Below, piece by piece: positions 48,862-62,556 of a stretch of DNA of 64,000 nucleotides (position 1 is the stretch's first letter; each line of letters begins with the position of its first letter). The notes below the pieces were generated by a model. It was not told the origin of the DNA, made no database searches, and saw only the letters and a list, made by a program, of their open reading frames with translations. A program made the translations under genes and the position numbers. The stretch lies in NCBI GenBank assembly GCA_013239625.1, contig MU054323.1, positions 8,359,220 to 8,423,219 of the forward strand, in the 5' to 3' direction. The stretch is from Lama guanicoe. Lineage: Eukaryota.

Positions 48862-49545
48862 TGTGATATAATATGAAATATATATTTGGTCTTCATCCCC
48901 AGTTCCTGGCACAGAGCTCCTAAAACTCAATTTTCTGATTGATTGGAGAGAGAAGTGTCTTTTGTTATTCATAATAACCCCCTTTCAACCTTACCTGAGT
49001 TTATGCTAATAGGGTGACTCTCTGGGGCTGGGTGCTGGTTGCCAAGGGAACCAACTGGGCGATTAGAGAGTTGGAACTTTCAGCCTCACCCTACCTCCCA
49101 GGACAGGAAAAGGATTGAGAGACTGAGCTAATCACCAATGGCCGATGATTTAGTCAATCATGCCTATGTGATGGAACCTCCATAAAAACCCTAAGGAATT
49201 TGGAGAGCTTCTAGATTGGTGAACACATCAAGATGCAGGGAGGGTGGTGCTCTGGAGAGGGTATGGAAGCTCCATGTCTCTTCCCCATGCCTTGCCCAGT
49301 GTATGTCTTCCATTTGGCTGTTCCTGAATTGTATCCAGTAAAAGTAAAGTGTTTCTCTGAGCTTTGTGAGATGTTCTAGCAAATTACTGAATATGAGGAG
49401 GGGGTTGTGGGAATCACCAATTTATAGTCGAATGGTCAGTGACAACCTGGGACATGCAGTAGCGGCAGTCTTGTAGGACTGAGCCCTTAGCTGAGGGGTC
49501 TGCGCTAACTCCCAGTGGTTAGGATCAGAAGTGTTGTGAGTAGGG
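48862..49545 (+). mobile_element. MER21-like LTR
   Basis: TTGGTCTTCATCCCCAGTTCCTGGCACAGAGCTCCTAAAAC, AATCACCAATGGCC.ATGATTTA.TCAATCATGCCTATGT, GTAAAGTGTTTCTCTGAG and GGACTGAGCCCTTA match MER21 as recalled. Confidence 0.75.
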
Positions 49546-49559
49546 AAACAATTTTCCTT

Positions 49560-51400
49560 TAGATAGTACTGGATTTTTCAACCATTCTCAGTTGATGAAC
49601 TTTCAGTTTGTTTCCAGTTGTTTGGTTTTTTGCCTTACCAGAAGTGCTGCAGTGGACTCTCTGTCCATGTCTCCTTATGTTCTGTGGTGCTTTTATTTCT
49701 ATGGATGGAGTCTTAGGAGTGGATTTGCTGAGTCAGAGTTCTTTTTACAATTTTAATAGAGGTCTTTTCAGATTGTTCCCCAAAAGCATGTAATAATTTA
49801 CATTTCCATCAGCAATGCCTGCACAACCTCTCCCAACCCAAGCCCCTCTTTTCTCAAGTCCTGCCGACATCAGGGATCACTCTGGAATTTTTGCCAGTTC
49901 TGATGGATGTGAAGTGATACCTCACTGTGACTTTTATTTGCATCTCTTTGATTATTGGTGAGGTTGAACGTCTCTTTATAAGTTGTTGATCATTTAGATT
50001 TGCTCTTCTGTGTGTCACATCGATATCCTGTGCCCGTCTTTCTCTTGGTTTTATTTTTCTTATCAATTTGTAAGAGTTCATCGGTGTCATATACACTGCA
50101 CGTTTCTCAAGCTATTTGTTGCTTATTGACTTTATTTCTGTGATACCATTTTTATATCAAATGATATCTTTTTCTGTAATATCACATTCTAATTTTTTAT
50201 TGTTTTATGTTTTACATTTAAATAAATTCAGATGAATGGCAGATTTGGGTATATGCTGTAAGGCAGGGGGCCAACTTAATTTTCTTCCAGACAAATAGCC
50301 AGTGATGCCAGCCCCATCTATCATTAAATAAATCATTTTCCCCCTGCTGGACTGAAGTATCACTTTTGTTGGATTTAATTGAAATCTGCTACGAAGCACC
50401 TTACTTTGCTCCACTTACCTGTCTAATCATATGCTGATACTATACAGCTTTAATTACAGTTATTTCATCTAGTGTCTTTTATTATTCCTAAGGAAGTCCT
50501 GTACCTACCCCACAGTACTCCTTTTCATAATTTTCTTGACTCTTCTCAATTCCATTATTATCCATTTCAAAATTAACCCTTTGGGAATTCTAATAGGAAT
50601 TTTATTACAGTTCTCTATTAATTTTGGGAGAATTGACATTTTACGGTATTAGCTTTTCCTATCTCAGAATATATTTATTTCACTTTGTTTAGCTCCTATT
50701 TTATGTACTTTGAGAAGTTCTATTAAGAATCTGTGCCTGTCTTATAGTTTTTTGTTTTTTTGTGAAACTGTATTGAGATATAACTTACCTACAATAAAAT
50801 TCACCCATTTTAAATAGTGTACAATTCACTGATTATTAGTATATTTAAAGTGTTGTGCCACCATCGTGCAAATTAATTTTAGCAAATCTCCATCAACCCA
50901 AAAGAAAACTCAAGCCTATTTGTATTCACTCCATTTCCTACTCCCAGCACTGGGTAGCCTCTAAACAAAATAGATCCAAACAGAGAAAATACTTTAGATC
51001 TAAAATAGATCCAAATAGAGAAAATATATTTAGATTCATCTTTTCTGGACCGCTCTTAGTGGGGGTTTTCTGTGTTTTTTTTAATGCTTAAGTGTTTTCT
51101 AGTGTTTTTCACTATTGTGAACACAAATTTTTTTCCTATTTCTGTTTCTAGCCATCTGGCTGGTAGCATAGGGAAAAAATATATTGATTTTATTATATTT
51201 ATCTTATAATCTGTTGTCTTATCAAATTTCTTAGGTTTTCTAGATATACAATCATAACACAATTTATCTCTTTTTTCCTACTTTTATCTTGAAGATTTAA
51301 TTTCCTTATCTTACTACATTTTTTTAGGGAATTGCAAACATCATTTAATAATCATGGTCAGAGAAGGCATCCCTGCTTTCTTCCTGCTTATAATGGCTAT
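49560..51400 (-). mobile_element. Old LINE-1 (L1M) fragments
   Basis: The antisense ORF at 49854-50096 includes KEMQIKVTVRYHFTSIR. T-rich L1-like motifs run throughout. Confidence 0.65.
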
Positions 51401-51554
51401 GACTTGCCATCAAAATGTAATTTATTGACAACTCTTGATGAACTGCAGAGGCAGAGGAAGTCAAAAGAAGGTTGAGAGGGAGTTACCTCTCCATGGCCGT
51501 TTCTTCTAAGCCTGGTATAAAATAGACATTTCCTTAATCATTGGCTGGAGCTGC

Positions 51555-51660
51555 ACTGTATAGTGCCTTAGCCACTGAGTTCCTCAGTTTCAGGTGTCAC
51601 ATTTCAAGTGCTCAGTAGCCACACATGGCTACTGGTTACCTCATTGGACAGCACAGCTCC
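51555..51660. mobile_element. hAT-Charlie MITE fragment (MER3/MER33-like)
   Basis: CACATTTCAAGTGCTCAGTAGCCACACATGGCTA...ATTGGACAGCACAG terminal motif. Confidence 0.7.
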
Positions 51661-51714
51661 TAGACCCTGGGTCAGAGGGGAGAAACCACCAGTAGGGCTT
51701 CTGTCCAGCCTGGT

Positions 51715-51846
51715 AGCTTAGAGTGGTGTTTACAATTTTAAGGGATTACTTAAAAGAAAAGAGATGTGACAGAGCCTGAAGGTGGCCCACAGTGTTTAAA
51801 ATATTTACTCTCTGGTCTTTTACAGAAAAAGTTTGGAGACCCCTGA
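51715..51846. mobile_element. hAT-Charlie MITE fragment (MER58-like)
   Basis: TAAAATATTTACTCTCTGGTCTTTTACAGAAAAAGTTTGGAGACCCCTG terminal motif. Confidence 0.7.
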
Positions 51847-52232
51847 TCGAGCGTTTGCCTCTCCAACTGAGTCATTTTTATATACCCTCTTTCCGATTTT
51901 CATTTTACAATATCATCTTTTTCTTTAAGTAGCTTTGCCTTTTGAAAAAGAAAAAATTTATCAATACCATAAATAGAAATATTTGCCATAAATAAATAAC
52001 TAGAAAAACAAATGTATTGGAAGCCAACCTATGTTATTAAATTCCAATAACAAACTAGACTTTGCTCTTTCCTTTGTTAAAAAAGGGAAATTAGCAAGTG
52101 CGAGGTATTAGAAAAGACACACGCACCACCTGAGAGGTTTTCCGTGATGTAATCAGAAGCTGAGAAAGCGAACTGAGAAAGAAACCACCTCCTCGCTCAC
52201 GATTCAAGGTCGTTTATATCCCAAGATGTGTA

Positions 52233-52640
52233 CAAGTGTCCCTAGCTTTGAAAGCTCACTTTATGGCTGCTTTGCTTTTATGAAATACTTACATGAGTAC
52301 CTGTTTTTGCTAACCGAAAAAGGATTTTCATGTTTAGGAAAAAAGGCAAAAGACGAAAACAGTGTTCAGCTTTCGTTTTGCTGAGACCCTTTATAGAGGC
52401 GGCATGTGTCTCAAGCCTCACATGGCGCCGCCAGGCTCCTTCCCCAGGAACCACATTCAGCATCACACCTGCCATTGCTTTGAACTGTGTCTGTGAGCAT
52501 CTCTGTTTCATCGGGATTTATTTTGTGCATCCGTTAGCAAGATGTCACCTCACATAACTGCTTCTTTGCTTTATGCCATTTTGCTTAGAAAGGTTTCATA
52601 AGAATGCTCTACTTTCTGATGAGGTATACGGGGAATACTG
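52233..52640. mobile_element. TcMar-Tigger MITE (MER82-like)
   Basis: AGTACCTGTTTTTGCTAACCGAAA and CTTTATGCCATTTTGCTTAGAAAGGTTTCATAAGAATGCTCTACTTTC resemble MER82 as recalled. Confidence 0.6.
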
Positions 52641-53586
52641 TGCCTCCTAAAATCACCTGTAGCGATCCTCAATTTTGGAACACCAAGCTGAGGACAGAGG
52701 GGATGGAGAGCATGACTTTGGCTTAGGCAATGGCTGGATTTGGGGCAACCTAACTACAGGAGCGATAACTTAGACACCATCCTCGCCTTACCAGTGAAAG
52801 GGTGTGCAAGACACATTTGCATTCTCTTTATAGTGTAGGTTAGAGCACCAGATGTAAATTTATAATTGGACTATATCACTTTAACCTCCACAGAAATGTC
52901 ATCACTAAGTTAAAATTTAATAGTATTTCCTCAGCCTTTTATTGATGTTTGCTCTATATTAAAAATGGCCCTTGGGAAAATATTTCTGCACCTTCTGCAA
53001 AACTGCAGTCAAATATATCCATGTTTCTTGTTTCCTTTAAAGAGTAATCCAATAAATTCCTTCTAGAATTATCTACAGAGAGAGCAGACCTGCTTTTTCT
53101 GCAACATTCTGACTGAAACCTTTTGAATGTTCAATTGGATAGAGGGGAGCAAGGAATTATTTGGGATTCAAAATGCCTTCCCTGGTGGGTGAATCAGTGC
53201 CTCCGTTTATCCAACGAGAAGAGTTTTCCCCCTCCATCCCAAACCATTTCCCCCTTTGACTGAACTGCTGGGAAGTTTAGCATTAAATGTAATTCCTACT
53301 GAATTATAGCTCTTCTTTTTCTGATTTCTCTTTAGCTGTCCTCTTTTTAATGGAGTTTTGTTGCTTTTAGGTCAAATTTGCTGAGGTGTAATTTACATAC
53401 AATAGACACAACCATTTTCAAGGTTTATTTAAGAGTTTTGACATATTTATACCCTTGAGTAATCACTAGGACGATCAAAAGATGGAATATTTCTCTTCCC
53501 CCCAAAAGTTCCCTTGTGCCTCTTTCTATTCATTCCCCTCCCCCTCCTCCCACCCTCCCCAGCTAGTAATCTGTTATCACTGTAGG

Positions 53587-53780
53587 TCACTATTTCTCTA
53601 CTAGGGAGAATTTGCCCCTCAGGGGACATAAGGTAATGTCTGGAGACATTTTTGGTTGCCACAACTATGCAAGTGAGGCCAAGAATACTGCTAAGTATCC
53701 CACAATGCACAGGATAGTCCCTACAACAAAGAATTAACTTGCCCCAAATTTTAGTTGTGCCAGGACTAAGAAACCCTACT
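53587..53780. mobile_element. MER20-like DNA transposon
   Basis: TTTGCCCCTCAGGGGACA...AATGTCTGGAGACATTTTTGGTTGCCACAACT...ACAATGCACAGGA...ACAACAAAGAATTA...AAGAAACCCT. Confidence 0.8.
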
Positions 53781-53884
53781 ACAGCTATAGATCAGGTGTG
53801 CAAATGATGGCCGGCAGCTCAAATCCAGCCTCACTGCCTATTTTTGTATGGCCCATAAGTTATAATGGTTCCCATGTATACTCC

Positions 53885-54440
53885 GTCATGACTGGCTTCT
53901 TTCACTTAGCCTGATGTTTTCAAGATTAATCTATCTTGTAGCATGAATCAATACCTCTTCCCTTTTTATTGCTGAATAATATTCCATTGCATGGATAGGC
54001 CACATTTGTTTATCCATTCACCTTGATGGAAGTTTGGATTGTTTCCACTTTTTGGCTAATATAAATTATGCTTCTATGAACATTCTTGTGTTAGTTTTTG
54101 TGTGATTATATGTTTTCATTTCTCTTGGGTTTATACTTAACAGTGGAATTTCTGGGTCATATGGTAATTCTGTAACCTTTTGAGGAATTGCCAGACTGCC
54201 TTCTAAAGCAGCTGCATCATTTTTCATTTTCAGTAGCAGTATATGAGGGTTCCACTTTCTCTGCACATCTTCACCAACACTTGTTATTATCTATCTCTAA
54301 AATGACAACTGTCCTGGTGGGTGTGGAGTGGTTAGTACATTGTAGTTTTGATTTGTGTTCCCCTGATTGCTGAATGATGTTGAGCATCTTTTCATGTGCT
54401 TATTGGCCATCTGTATATCTTCTTTGGAGAAATGACAATT
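53885..54440 (-). mobile_element. LINE-1 (L1M) 3' fragment
   Basis: TGGCTTCTTTCACTTAGC, GCTGAATAATATTCCATTG and GATGTTGAGCATCTTTTCATGTGCTTATTGGCCAT. The antisense ORF at 54066-54266 contains ELPYDPEIPLL. Confidence 0.85.
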
Positions 54441-55779
54441 CAGCCTACCTGGAATAAGATAGTGGGCCCTTTACCAAGCAGGACTTGGGTACAGGTCATC
54501 AGATGCCTGATGTGGAGTCTGGAGTCTGTCTGGTCCTCAGCAGCAGAAGAGATGCACACAGTCTGGGCTTGTCCAGTGCCATATGCCCTAATGGGGAGTC
54601 TCAGCATGTTGGACTCTAGTCTTTAGACTTGCCTTCAGAGATTAGCCCTTGGCCTCTACAGGGACAGGGGAGGAGACTGCCAGGACTGGGAACCTAGGGA
54701 ATCTGACCAGCCCTTCTGGGAAAGAGAGGGTTTATAAAAGTAATTGGGTGTCTGTCATCTAGTAGGAGCAGGTGAACAAGAATAAGAGGAAATGCTGGCA
54801 TTCAGGATGAATTAAATGGGCAGACAACTAGACTTCCCATTATTCCCATTTACTTGCTTTTGAGAGATGTAGACTTATTCATCCCTTTTGTTGGCAGTTA
54901 CTCAGCAGGTGCTCCATAGCCCAGCAAGGGCTGAAGGAAAGGCTCATTACCTCTTTTTGTTTAAGTGAATGAAGGTATCTCCCTTTTTTCATATTCAACC
55001 AGGAAAAGCCTTTTGAACCCTGTACAATCAATTGCTCCCTCTCTCCAACTAGTCATTCAAGGAAGACAGGCAGCCATGTGGGCTGAGTCAGAGAAGGTGT
55101 TCATCTCCTATTTTGCAGCCATTTGAAAAGACGCTGTCTTGTCTGCGGCCCAGGTGAATGGAGTGGAAGAAGGGGCCACTCACTATTGCCCGTGGAGGTG
55201 ACCCTGTCATTTGCTCTCCTCACTGAAGAGGATGCCCCTGGTGCTGGCTTGGTCCCAGAGTGGGGTGTGGGGTGTCTTTCACTGAGATTGGGGACACTGG
55301 AAGAGGAGCCAGATGGAGACAGAGTGTGATGAGCTTAGTTTTAGATGTGATGAGTTTGAAGGGCCAGTAAGACATCAGAGCAGAGCAATCCCATAGGCCA
55401 TAAGGTGTACAGATGAATGGTAGCTGAATACATGTACAGGAGATGTTCACTTGCTAGTGAGTTGGCTGCCCTGGCATGGACTTCCTCAGAGTCTACTCTG
55501 GTGCTACTGCCCCCTTAACCAGGACTATCATCAATGCCACGGCTGGTTTATTATAAAAATATGTTTCTAATCAAATAATGCAGAGAGATTGAGTCGTGCT
55601 GCAATCTCCTTTCTCTGGGACAACTGCACTTAATAGTGTTATGCCAAAAGCTCATTTGTATGTGAGCTTATTTACATATATTTGAATATGTATAAGTGAG
55701 ATTCATGTATAAATGATATTTCATATTCATATATATATAAAATCTCATTTAAATATAAATACACAAGTAGATACACGTA

Positions 55780-56640
55780 CCATGGGTCCTGTTCTGTAAC
55801 CTACTTTCTTCACTTAGCGCCATATCATAGATCACTTAGCGCTGAATCATAGATAACCTCCTGTGTCAGTACTTAGAGACCTGCATGATCCTTTCCAATG
55901 ACTGCATAGCCTTGTATTGTGTGAAAATGCCATTATTTATTTAAACAGTTCTACTGACAGGCCTTTGGCTTGTTCTCAAATTATTTGCTATTATAAATAA
56001 CAATGCAACAAAATACCTACATAATACATTTTGTGCAGTGGTCTGATTATTTCCTTAGAAGAAGTTTTTAGATGTAGAATGCACATTAAGTTTCAGATGT
56101 CCGGATTCCCTTCCAGGAAGGTAGTACCAGTCTGAACTGCTAACAGTGTATGAGGGCCAGTGCATCCGGACATTGCTCTCTTTTATCTGTGCCATGAGGA
56201 TAAGTGAAAAACGTAATTTCATTGTCTTAATTCACATTTCTTTGATTATTAATAAAGTCGAACCTCGTTTCATTTGCTTATTAGCTATCTGTGTTCTCCC
56301 CACCCCCGTGGGTTACCTGTTTATATCCTTTGCCAATTTTTTGTATTGGAGTATTTGTCTTTCTCTTAAGATTTATAAGTGCTCTTACATATTACAGGTA
56401 TCCTTGGTTATATGCTGCAAACATGTCATAACCAGTTGTTATTTGTCTTTATTAAAAGTTATATGTGGTATCTTTTGCTGCATTAGTTTTTCATTGTTAT
56501 TTTCATCATAACTATGTCAGTTTTTTGCTTTATGGTTTCTGTCTTTTGGATTATGCTAAGAAAAGCTTAACCCATCCAAAATGTATCAACATCTCTTCTA
56601 TGCTTTCCGCTAGTACTTTATACTTTTATTTTTCATGTAA
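55780..56640 (-). mobile_element. Old LINE-1 (L1ME-like) fragment
   Basis: Degraded T-rich antisense L1 motifs (TTCTTCACTTAGC, TTTGCTATTATAAATAA, CACATTTCTTTGATTATT). Confidence 0.55.
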
Positions 56641-59600
56641 AGTGGGAATCTAATGATGTTACTTCCTCGCTTGCCACATCAGGAGGCCTTCCTGCTGCAC
56701 TCAGCACCTAAGCTCATGCTCTTGGCATCTCCTGACGGGCCTCGGACGATCTGGGCCCTGCCTGCTCTCCAGCCTCATTCATCAAATATATCAACCATCC
56801 CGAATGCACTGCTCTGTTTGCATCTGGAATGCCCAGGCTTGTCTTCTCCCCACCACCTGGTGAACTCCTAAGCAACCATTAAGACTCGCCTCAAAGTCAC
56901 TTTTTCTGAGAAGCAGTCCTTTATCCCAGTCAATGTGAAGTGCTTCCCACCTCTTCTGGTACTGACACAGCTAGCCTCTTAACTCAGATTGAAAATTTTG
57001 TTGATGCATTTCTTTCTACCATAAACTTGTGAGCTTCTGGGATGTGGGGAGAGGGAGGCTGGAGCAGCATCTGGCACTTAGTACATTACCATTTAGTAGG
57101 TGCTAACCTACCCCTGTGATCTGATTTGCATCTTAGCAAGCTCAATGCACTAACAGTGTGGAGGCCAGGAGACCAATCAGAAGTATCCAGGTAATAGTGA
57201 TGTCCTTGTCCAGGTAGCTGATAAGGGCCTGGCCTGAGGCAGTGGTTTTAGAGCAAAGAGGATCAGATACAGATTTAGAAAATTGAACGGACAGTTGAGT
57301 ACAGTATTTTGTTTGAAGTGCCTCCTAAATGTTCAGCACATGAGTAAATCACAATGTTAGCCCATTAGCAGAGTCCAGACCTTTTTTGATTCTGACATTA
57401 TTTGGTGTTTAGAATTACCCTTATTCCTATTCCTTTCCATGAAGCTGTGTGACCTTGGCTAGACAGCACCCCCAGTCATCATCTGTCAAGTGGAGAGAGC
57501 CCATCACCTCCAAGGGAAATTGTGAGGTTGTTTCAATTCACTGCGATGTGTTAAGGACCTTCACAGTCCCTGACACACAGTAGTGCTCAGTAAATGTTAA
57601 CATTCTGGCCTCCTCCACCTCCTTACCTTGGGCGATTGGGTCAGTTGCCATCTTTTGACTGATCTAAGGGATTCCTAGAGAGAGAAGCTGAAGTCAGCTT
57701 TTATTATTGCACTTCCACAAAGCACAGGCATGCCCTGACAGCTGGTCTCCATCTGTCCACAGCTCTCTGCTCGCCCTGTTTACTAGTGCTGCCATCTCAC
57801 AGTCATCCCCAGGCTGTTTTTCTTTCCCTCCAGAGACCCTCCCAGCAGTCAGTCCTTTCTCAGCTCTGCAACTTCCTTTTCTAACCCTTGGGCACCACCT
57901 AAGTAACCTACTGTCTTCATTATTTCAATCACTGCTCTCCCAGCCTCCACTCAAGCTGTGCCAGGTATAGAAGTGAGCAGAACAGCCCCCAGATCGTGTC
58001 CCATCCCCAAATCACACTCAGTATCCTGCTCTGTGTGATCCAGAGCATCCTGGACCCCTCGTATCTCATTCAGAAGCCTGAGCCTCTTGCTCTTCACTCC
58101 TTGACTCTATACCCTGGCTCTCCAAGCTGCTTCCTCAGCCCAGCCTAACCTCTTGGCCCCAAGGCAGTTCGTTGCCTTGCCATTCCCAGCCCATCCTTGC
58201 CAACTTCTGCCGCTTGTCTTTTTTTCATCCCAAAGAATGCCTGCTTTGTTCCTCTGCCTCAGGCTTGCACCAAACACCCTCACCACCAGCACAGAACTCT
58301 CTTTTGAGATGCTTTCCTTGCCCTTGCTAACAGCCCACTACTGTGGCTGACACTTGGTACACAAAAAATCCTTTCCCACCACTGTCTCATATGATCGGTC
58401 CTCCTGCTTCCCTTCACCGCATTTAATGACTCCACTGTGCTTGCCAAGCCCTTGGAAGGATAAAATGAGGTATAGGCTTTGCTCTCAAGGAGCTCCAGTC
58501 TAATAAGTATGAGTCCCAACCCATAGTTTCCTCAGCCATAAAGTGGGGATGATCATGTTTACTTACCTCATAGGGTTGTTGTAAGATTTATATGAAACTG
58601 TGTGTGAGCCTGACACAAAAATAGCTCAACAGCGATGATGTGGTGTGGGTGGTGCTGATGGCCACTTTACAGCTGTGAACATGGGCTTGGAGCAGTGAAG
58701 GACATGCCCACAGTCACACAACTAGAAAGACAAAGCCAAGTTTGGTGATTGTGGCTTTGCCCACTCCATCTCCTCACACCCCACTTGCCTCCTTTGTGTC
58801 CCACTCAAGCCTGTTCGCTGCTCTTAAACAGGTCTGTGAACTGCAGACACACTCAGGGGAGGTGGCATCGCTGCCCAGTCAAAGGGGAGTTGGTCATTTT
58901 CACCCCTAGTCCTTTCTGTAAGCCTCCTACGTGTGCCATTTGACCTCCCACTCCTGGTGGACACGATGCTTCCTGCATGTGCCCGGCTGGCTCACCCAGG
59001 TGAGTCTGTCTCCAGCGAGGAGACGACAAGCTCAGAGTGGCTCACCCGCCTTGCTGCCCGTGTCCCCAAAGTTAGGTTCTGTTAGTCATATAGGTCCACA
59101 AGTGCTGATGAGAGTGGCTTCTCAGGCTCTGGAAATTCTGGATCGGGGTAAAATATGTCTGCCTCAGTGATGAAGGTGAGTCAGATCCATGAGAAGGCAG
59201 CGAGCAGAAGCCAGCACAGGAGGGGAGGGTGTCACTGATTATTGGTGTAAAGTCAATAGCAGATAAAAGCACTGCATTTGGGGAGAGGGGCTGGAAGCAC
59301 ATTTTTAAGCCAAAGATGAAATATCTGGTACCTCTTTAAATGAGTCTTACATCACAGAGGAAAAATGTTTGTGTTCTTCTGAAATCTATTTAAGAGTCGA
59401 AATAAAGGCGGAGATTGGTTTGTCCTAAAGCCCAGGCCTTTTAGGAAATCTTCCAGAAGGTGGTGGGGTGATGGCAAGACTTCCTGAAAAGAAAAGGAAA
59501 TGATTTTCACCTTATTTCAAAAATTTTTAAACAATATTAAAGTATCTATTTTAAATTATCTTGTTTATTTTTCACTATATAGTTATTATCATATAGAAAG

Positions 59601-61948
59601 TTTGAATCATTAAAGTGGGACAGTCACCCCATAACAAACCTTGTTTACTTTTTTCTGATCTGTTTTTGTGCACATATTTTTATGTGGTTGTAATAATACT
59701 TGACGTATCATTTTTCTCTGCTGCCTTGCAGTTCTTTTTTATGAGATACATCCAGAAGACTGCCGAAGTGCAGTCATTCACTTTTGCCTGGTTTAAATGT
59801 TACACGAATGGAATCATACCTTACTCTTTCGTATCTTGCTTCTTTCCCTCAGTTCTTGTTTTTGAGATATATTTGGCTGTAGTTGGTTCATACTCATTTT
59901 CTGTTTAAAAGAGAAAAAATGTGGAAGTTTTATTTTCCTGCTCAATTTCTATTCCAAATCTAGACTTTACCAGGTAGCCCAGGTTTGTGATGCTTTTATA
60001 GTTGGGAAAACGCGTTCTTTCCCCCTGCTGGTGGCTGTCCCCACCCTGGCCTGAGAACGGAGGTCTCAGTGAGAAGAACACTTGTCCCGCTGTTCTGGCA
60101 GCAGCGCTGGCCCCTCCGCCCCTTGGCTGGCGTTCTAGGAAGCAGCCACTCTGTGGGCCGCTGGAGACCTCTGAGCTGCAGCTGCTGTCCTTCCAAGGGA
60201 GCTGATGGAATTATTTCTGGAGCCTGGAGACAGCTGGCGAGAGCATGGACAGCCCAGCAGGGCTAAGGAATCTGCTAGCGGGTCGGCCAGAGCAGGGAGG
60301 GTTGTGGTGATGCTGATTCTACTGGTCACAACAAGTCTGGTGTTCTCGGTCTAAAGCCTCCTTTGGGAGACAGGAACCCTCATCTCCAATGTATGGCCAC
60401 CTTCCTCTGCCCTTCCTCCAGGGCCCTGGAGCAGCTCGGCTCGTGGAAGGGGGATTTAATGCATACTTACTGGTGTTTGCTGGTGCTCGGCCTCCCCGAA
60501 CCTCAAATGAAAATCCTCCTGAGCTCAGTGAGTAAGTAGGCACCCAAAAGGAGCTAGGCTGTTGCCCAGATGCCAAAGACTGTGCGTGCCAGGCTGGGCT
60601 ACTCACACACGCGCACACGTGTGAAGCACACAGAGAAGCCGGTCCTGGGTCAGCAACACACATGCTCTCACGCACGCTCAGCCCTGCCTTCTAACAACTG
60701 CCTGATTTCTCTCGTCACTAATCTTGTCCAACAAGTGGCCCACAGCTCCATTTCTTACCACCCTCTCATGGCTAATCCTTTGGAATTTCGCTTTTGCCCT
60801 CCTATGCGTTGACAACACATGGTCGGTGAGCCCAGCCCTGCTGGGCCAGGCCAGGCCAGATGAACCCGTGGGATTAAAACCACTTACTTGATCTTAGCCT
60901 GTTAAGGACTCACCTCTGTTGGATGTATATATACCTTCCCAGAAGCCAGGTCCACCCCTTCACGTGTGGCAGCATCCTGGTCCTGAGCCTGTATTTTATG
61001 CTCTCTCAGGAGCAAGCTCTTCCTCGCTCACCATATTCACACCCATCACATCGACAGACTTGGGCGTGTTTGCCTCCCTTTCCTCCTACTGCTTGCAGAG
61101 GCTGCCCCGGCGCTGGGCTCTCACCTGTAGTCTTGCCCTTTCCTGACCTCCCTGGTCCCATTCTACCTTCTCTACCATGTGGTGACAAAGATGGTGGCAG
61201 TATTCCAGATGCAGATGCTTCGTGGTCTTGAACAGATGGTCCCCAATTACAAACACCCTGGGCCAGCCCTCACCTCCACCCACAGTCTCGATTCTGCCCA
61301 AGCCCTGGGTTAATGGAAGCAGGGCCCCTGGGACGTTAGAGGCTTCCTGGCTGGCCAGTTAGGTGCAGAAATAGTGTATTGTAACCAGATGAAGGATCCG
61401 TGTGTGTCTCAGGGTGAGTGTAACATCGGCCACAGCCTCCCTAGCCTCTGCCCTCCATGTGCTACCCCTCGGCCTTACTATCCCTTCTTCCTGTCCAGGT
61501 CCTTGGCCTCCAGGTCCCCACTAGTCCTTGGAGAGCCCCAGATGAGAGATGGAGGACCTACCCTACACCTTCCCCAGTTCCTCTTCCCGCGGTTGGTATC
61601 CAGAATCTCTCAAAACGTTTTACACAAAGTCACAGGTGAACAGAATCAGGCCCACCACTCATGCCAGCCCTCCTGGATGCTGACACAGCCTAGTTGGAGA
61701 GGAATCCAGGTAGAGTTTCCAGATTCCTGCTTGCCTCAGCAAGCAGAGAAGTAGGTGGAGAAGAAATCAGTCTGAGGGCAGGTGAAGTGGGACTACGGGA
61801 GGGGCGGAGAGGTGGTCATAGAACAGGAACAGCTGTGAGCTTGTCCCTTTTTTTTTCTTGTCACTCAATTGTTATTAGTCATTAGTTCATACAAATTGAC
61901 TAGGGGAGCATTTAACTCTGAGGAGGGAGTTGGAGGTTGGGACAAAGG

Positions 61949-62087
61949 AAGTGCCGGAATGCTGAGTTCACAGGTGTTTGTGTCATTATTCTTTATACCT
62001 TATATGTACAAGTGCCGGGGCTTGAACAGTAATAGCAATGCTGAGTTCACAGGTGTTTGTGTCATTATTCTTTATACCTTATATGTA
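61949..62087. repeat. Local direct duplication (two identical 51-bp copies)
   Basis: AATGCTGAGTTCACAGGTGTTTGTGTCATTATTCTTTATACCTTATATGTA at 61958-62008 and 62037-62087. Confidence 0.95.
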
Positions 62088-62457
62088 GGTTATAAATATT
62101 ATTTAAAATCTCCTCAAGAGTTGATAAAGCCAATTAAGAATAAGTTATAAAATTATAATGTGTTTTAATATTAGTTAAGAATTGTTCAGTGCTTTACTAT
62201 TTAGAAAGAAATTTACTTTTTTAAAATTAAATTTATTAAATGCTTGGCTGTTTCCTACTCACCTCAGACTTCCTTTTTGGTTTTGTATTCTTTGGTTTTT
62301 GTTGAACCTTTAATTTGTTCTCATTTTTTAACTCCAAGAGCATCCCTTTCCAGAATCATCCCAGGAGTCTCTAAGCACAAACACCCCACCCCCTCCAGGG
62401 ATGGCTCTCCCATTATTCTGTTTCTCTTCCCTATGTGCTGTCAGAAGAAGTAAAACA

Positions 62458-62556
62458 GGGGTGGGTATAGCTCGGTGGTACAGTGCATCTTAGCACACAT
62501 GAGGTCCTGGGTTCAATCCCTGGTACCTCCACTGAAAAATAAAAACAATAACAAAA
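62458..62556 (+). mobile_element. tRNA-Ala-derived SINE (vic-1-like)
   Basis: GGGGTGGGTATAGCTCGGTGGTACAGTGCATCTTAGCACACATGAGGTCCTGGGTTCAATCCCTGGTACCTCCA plus an A-rich tail. Confidence 0.88.
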
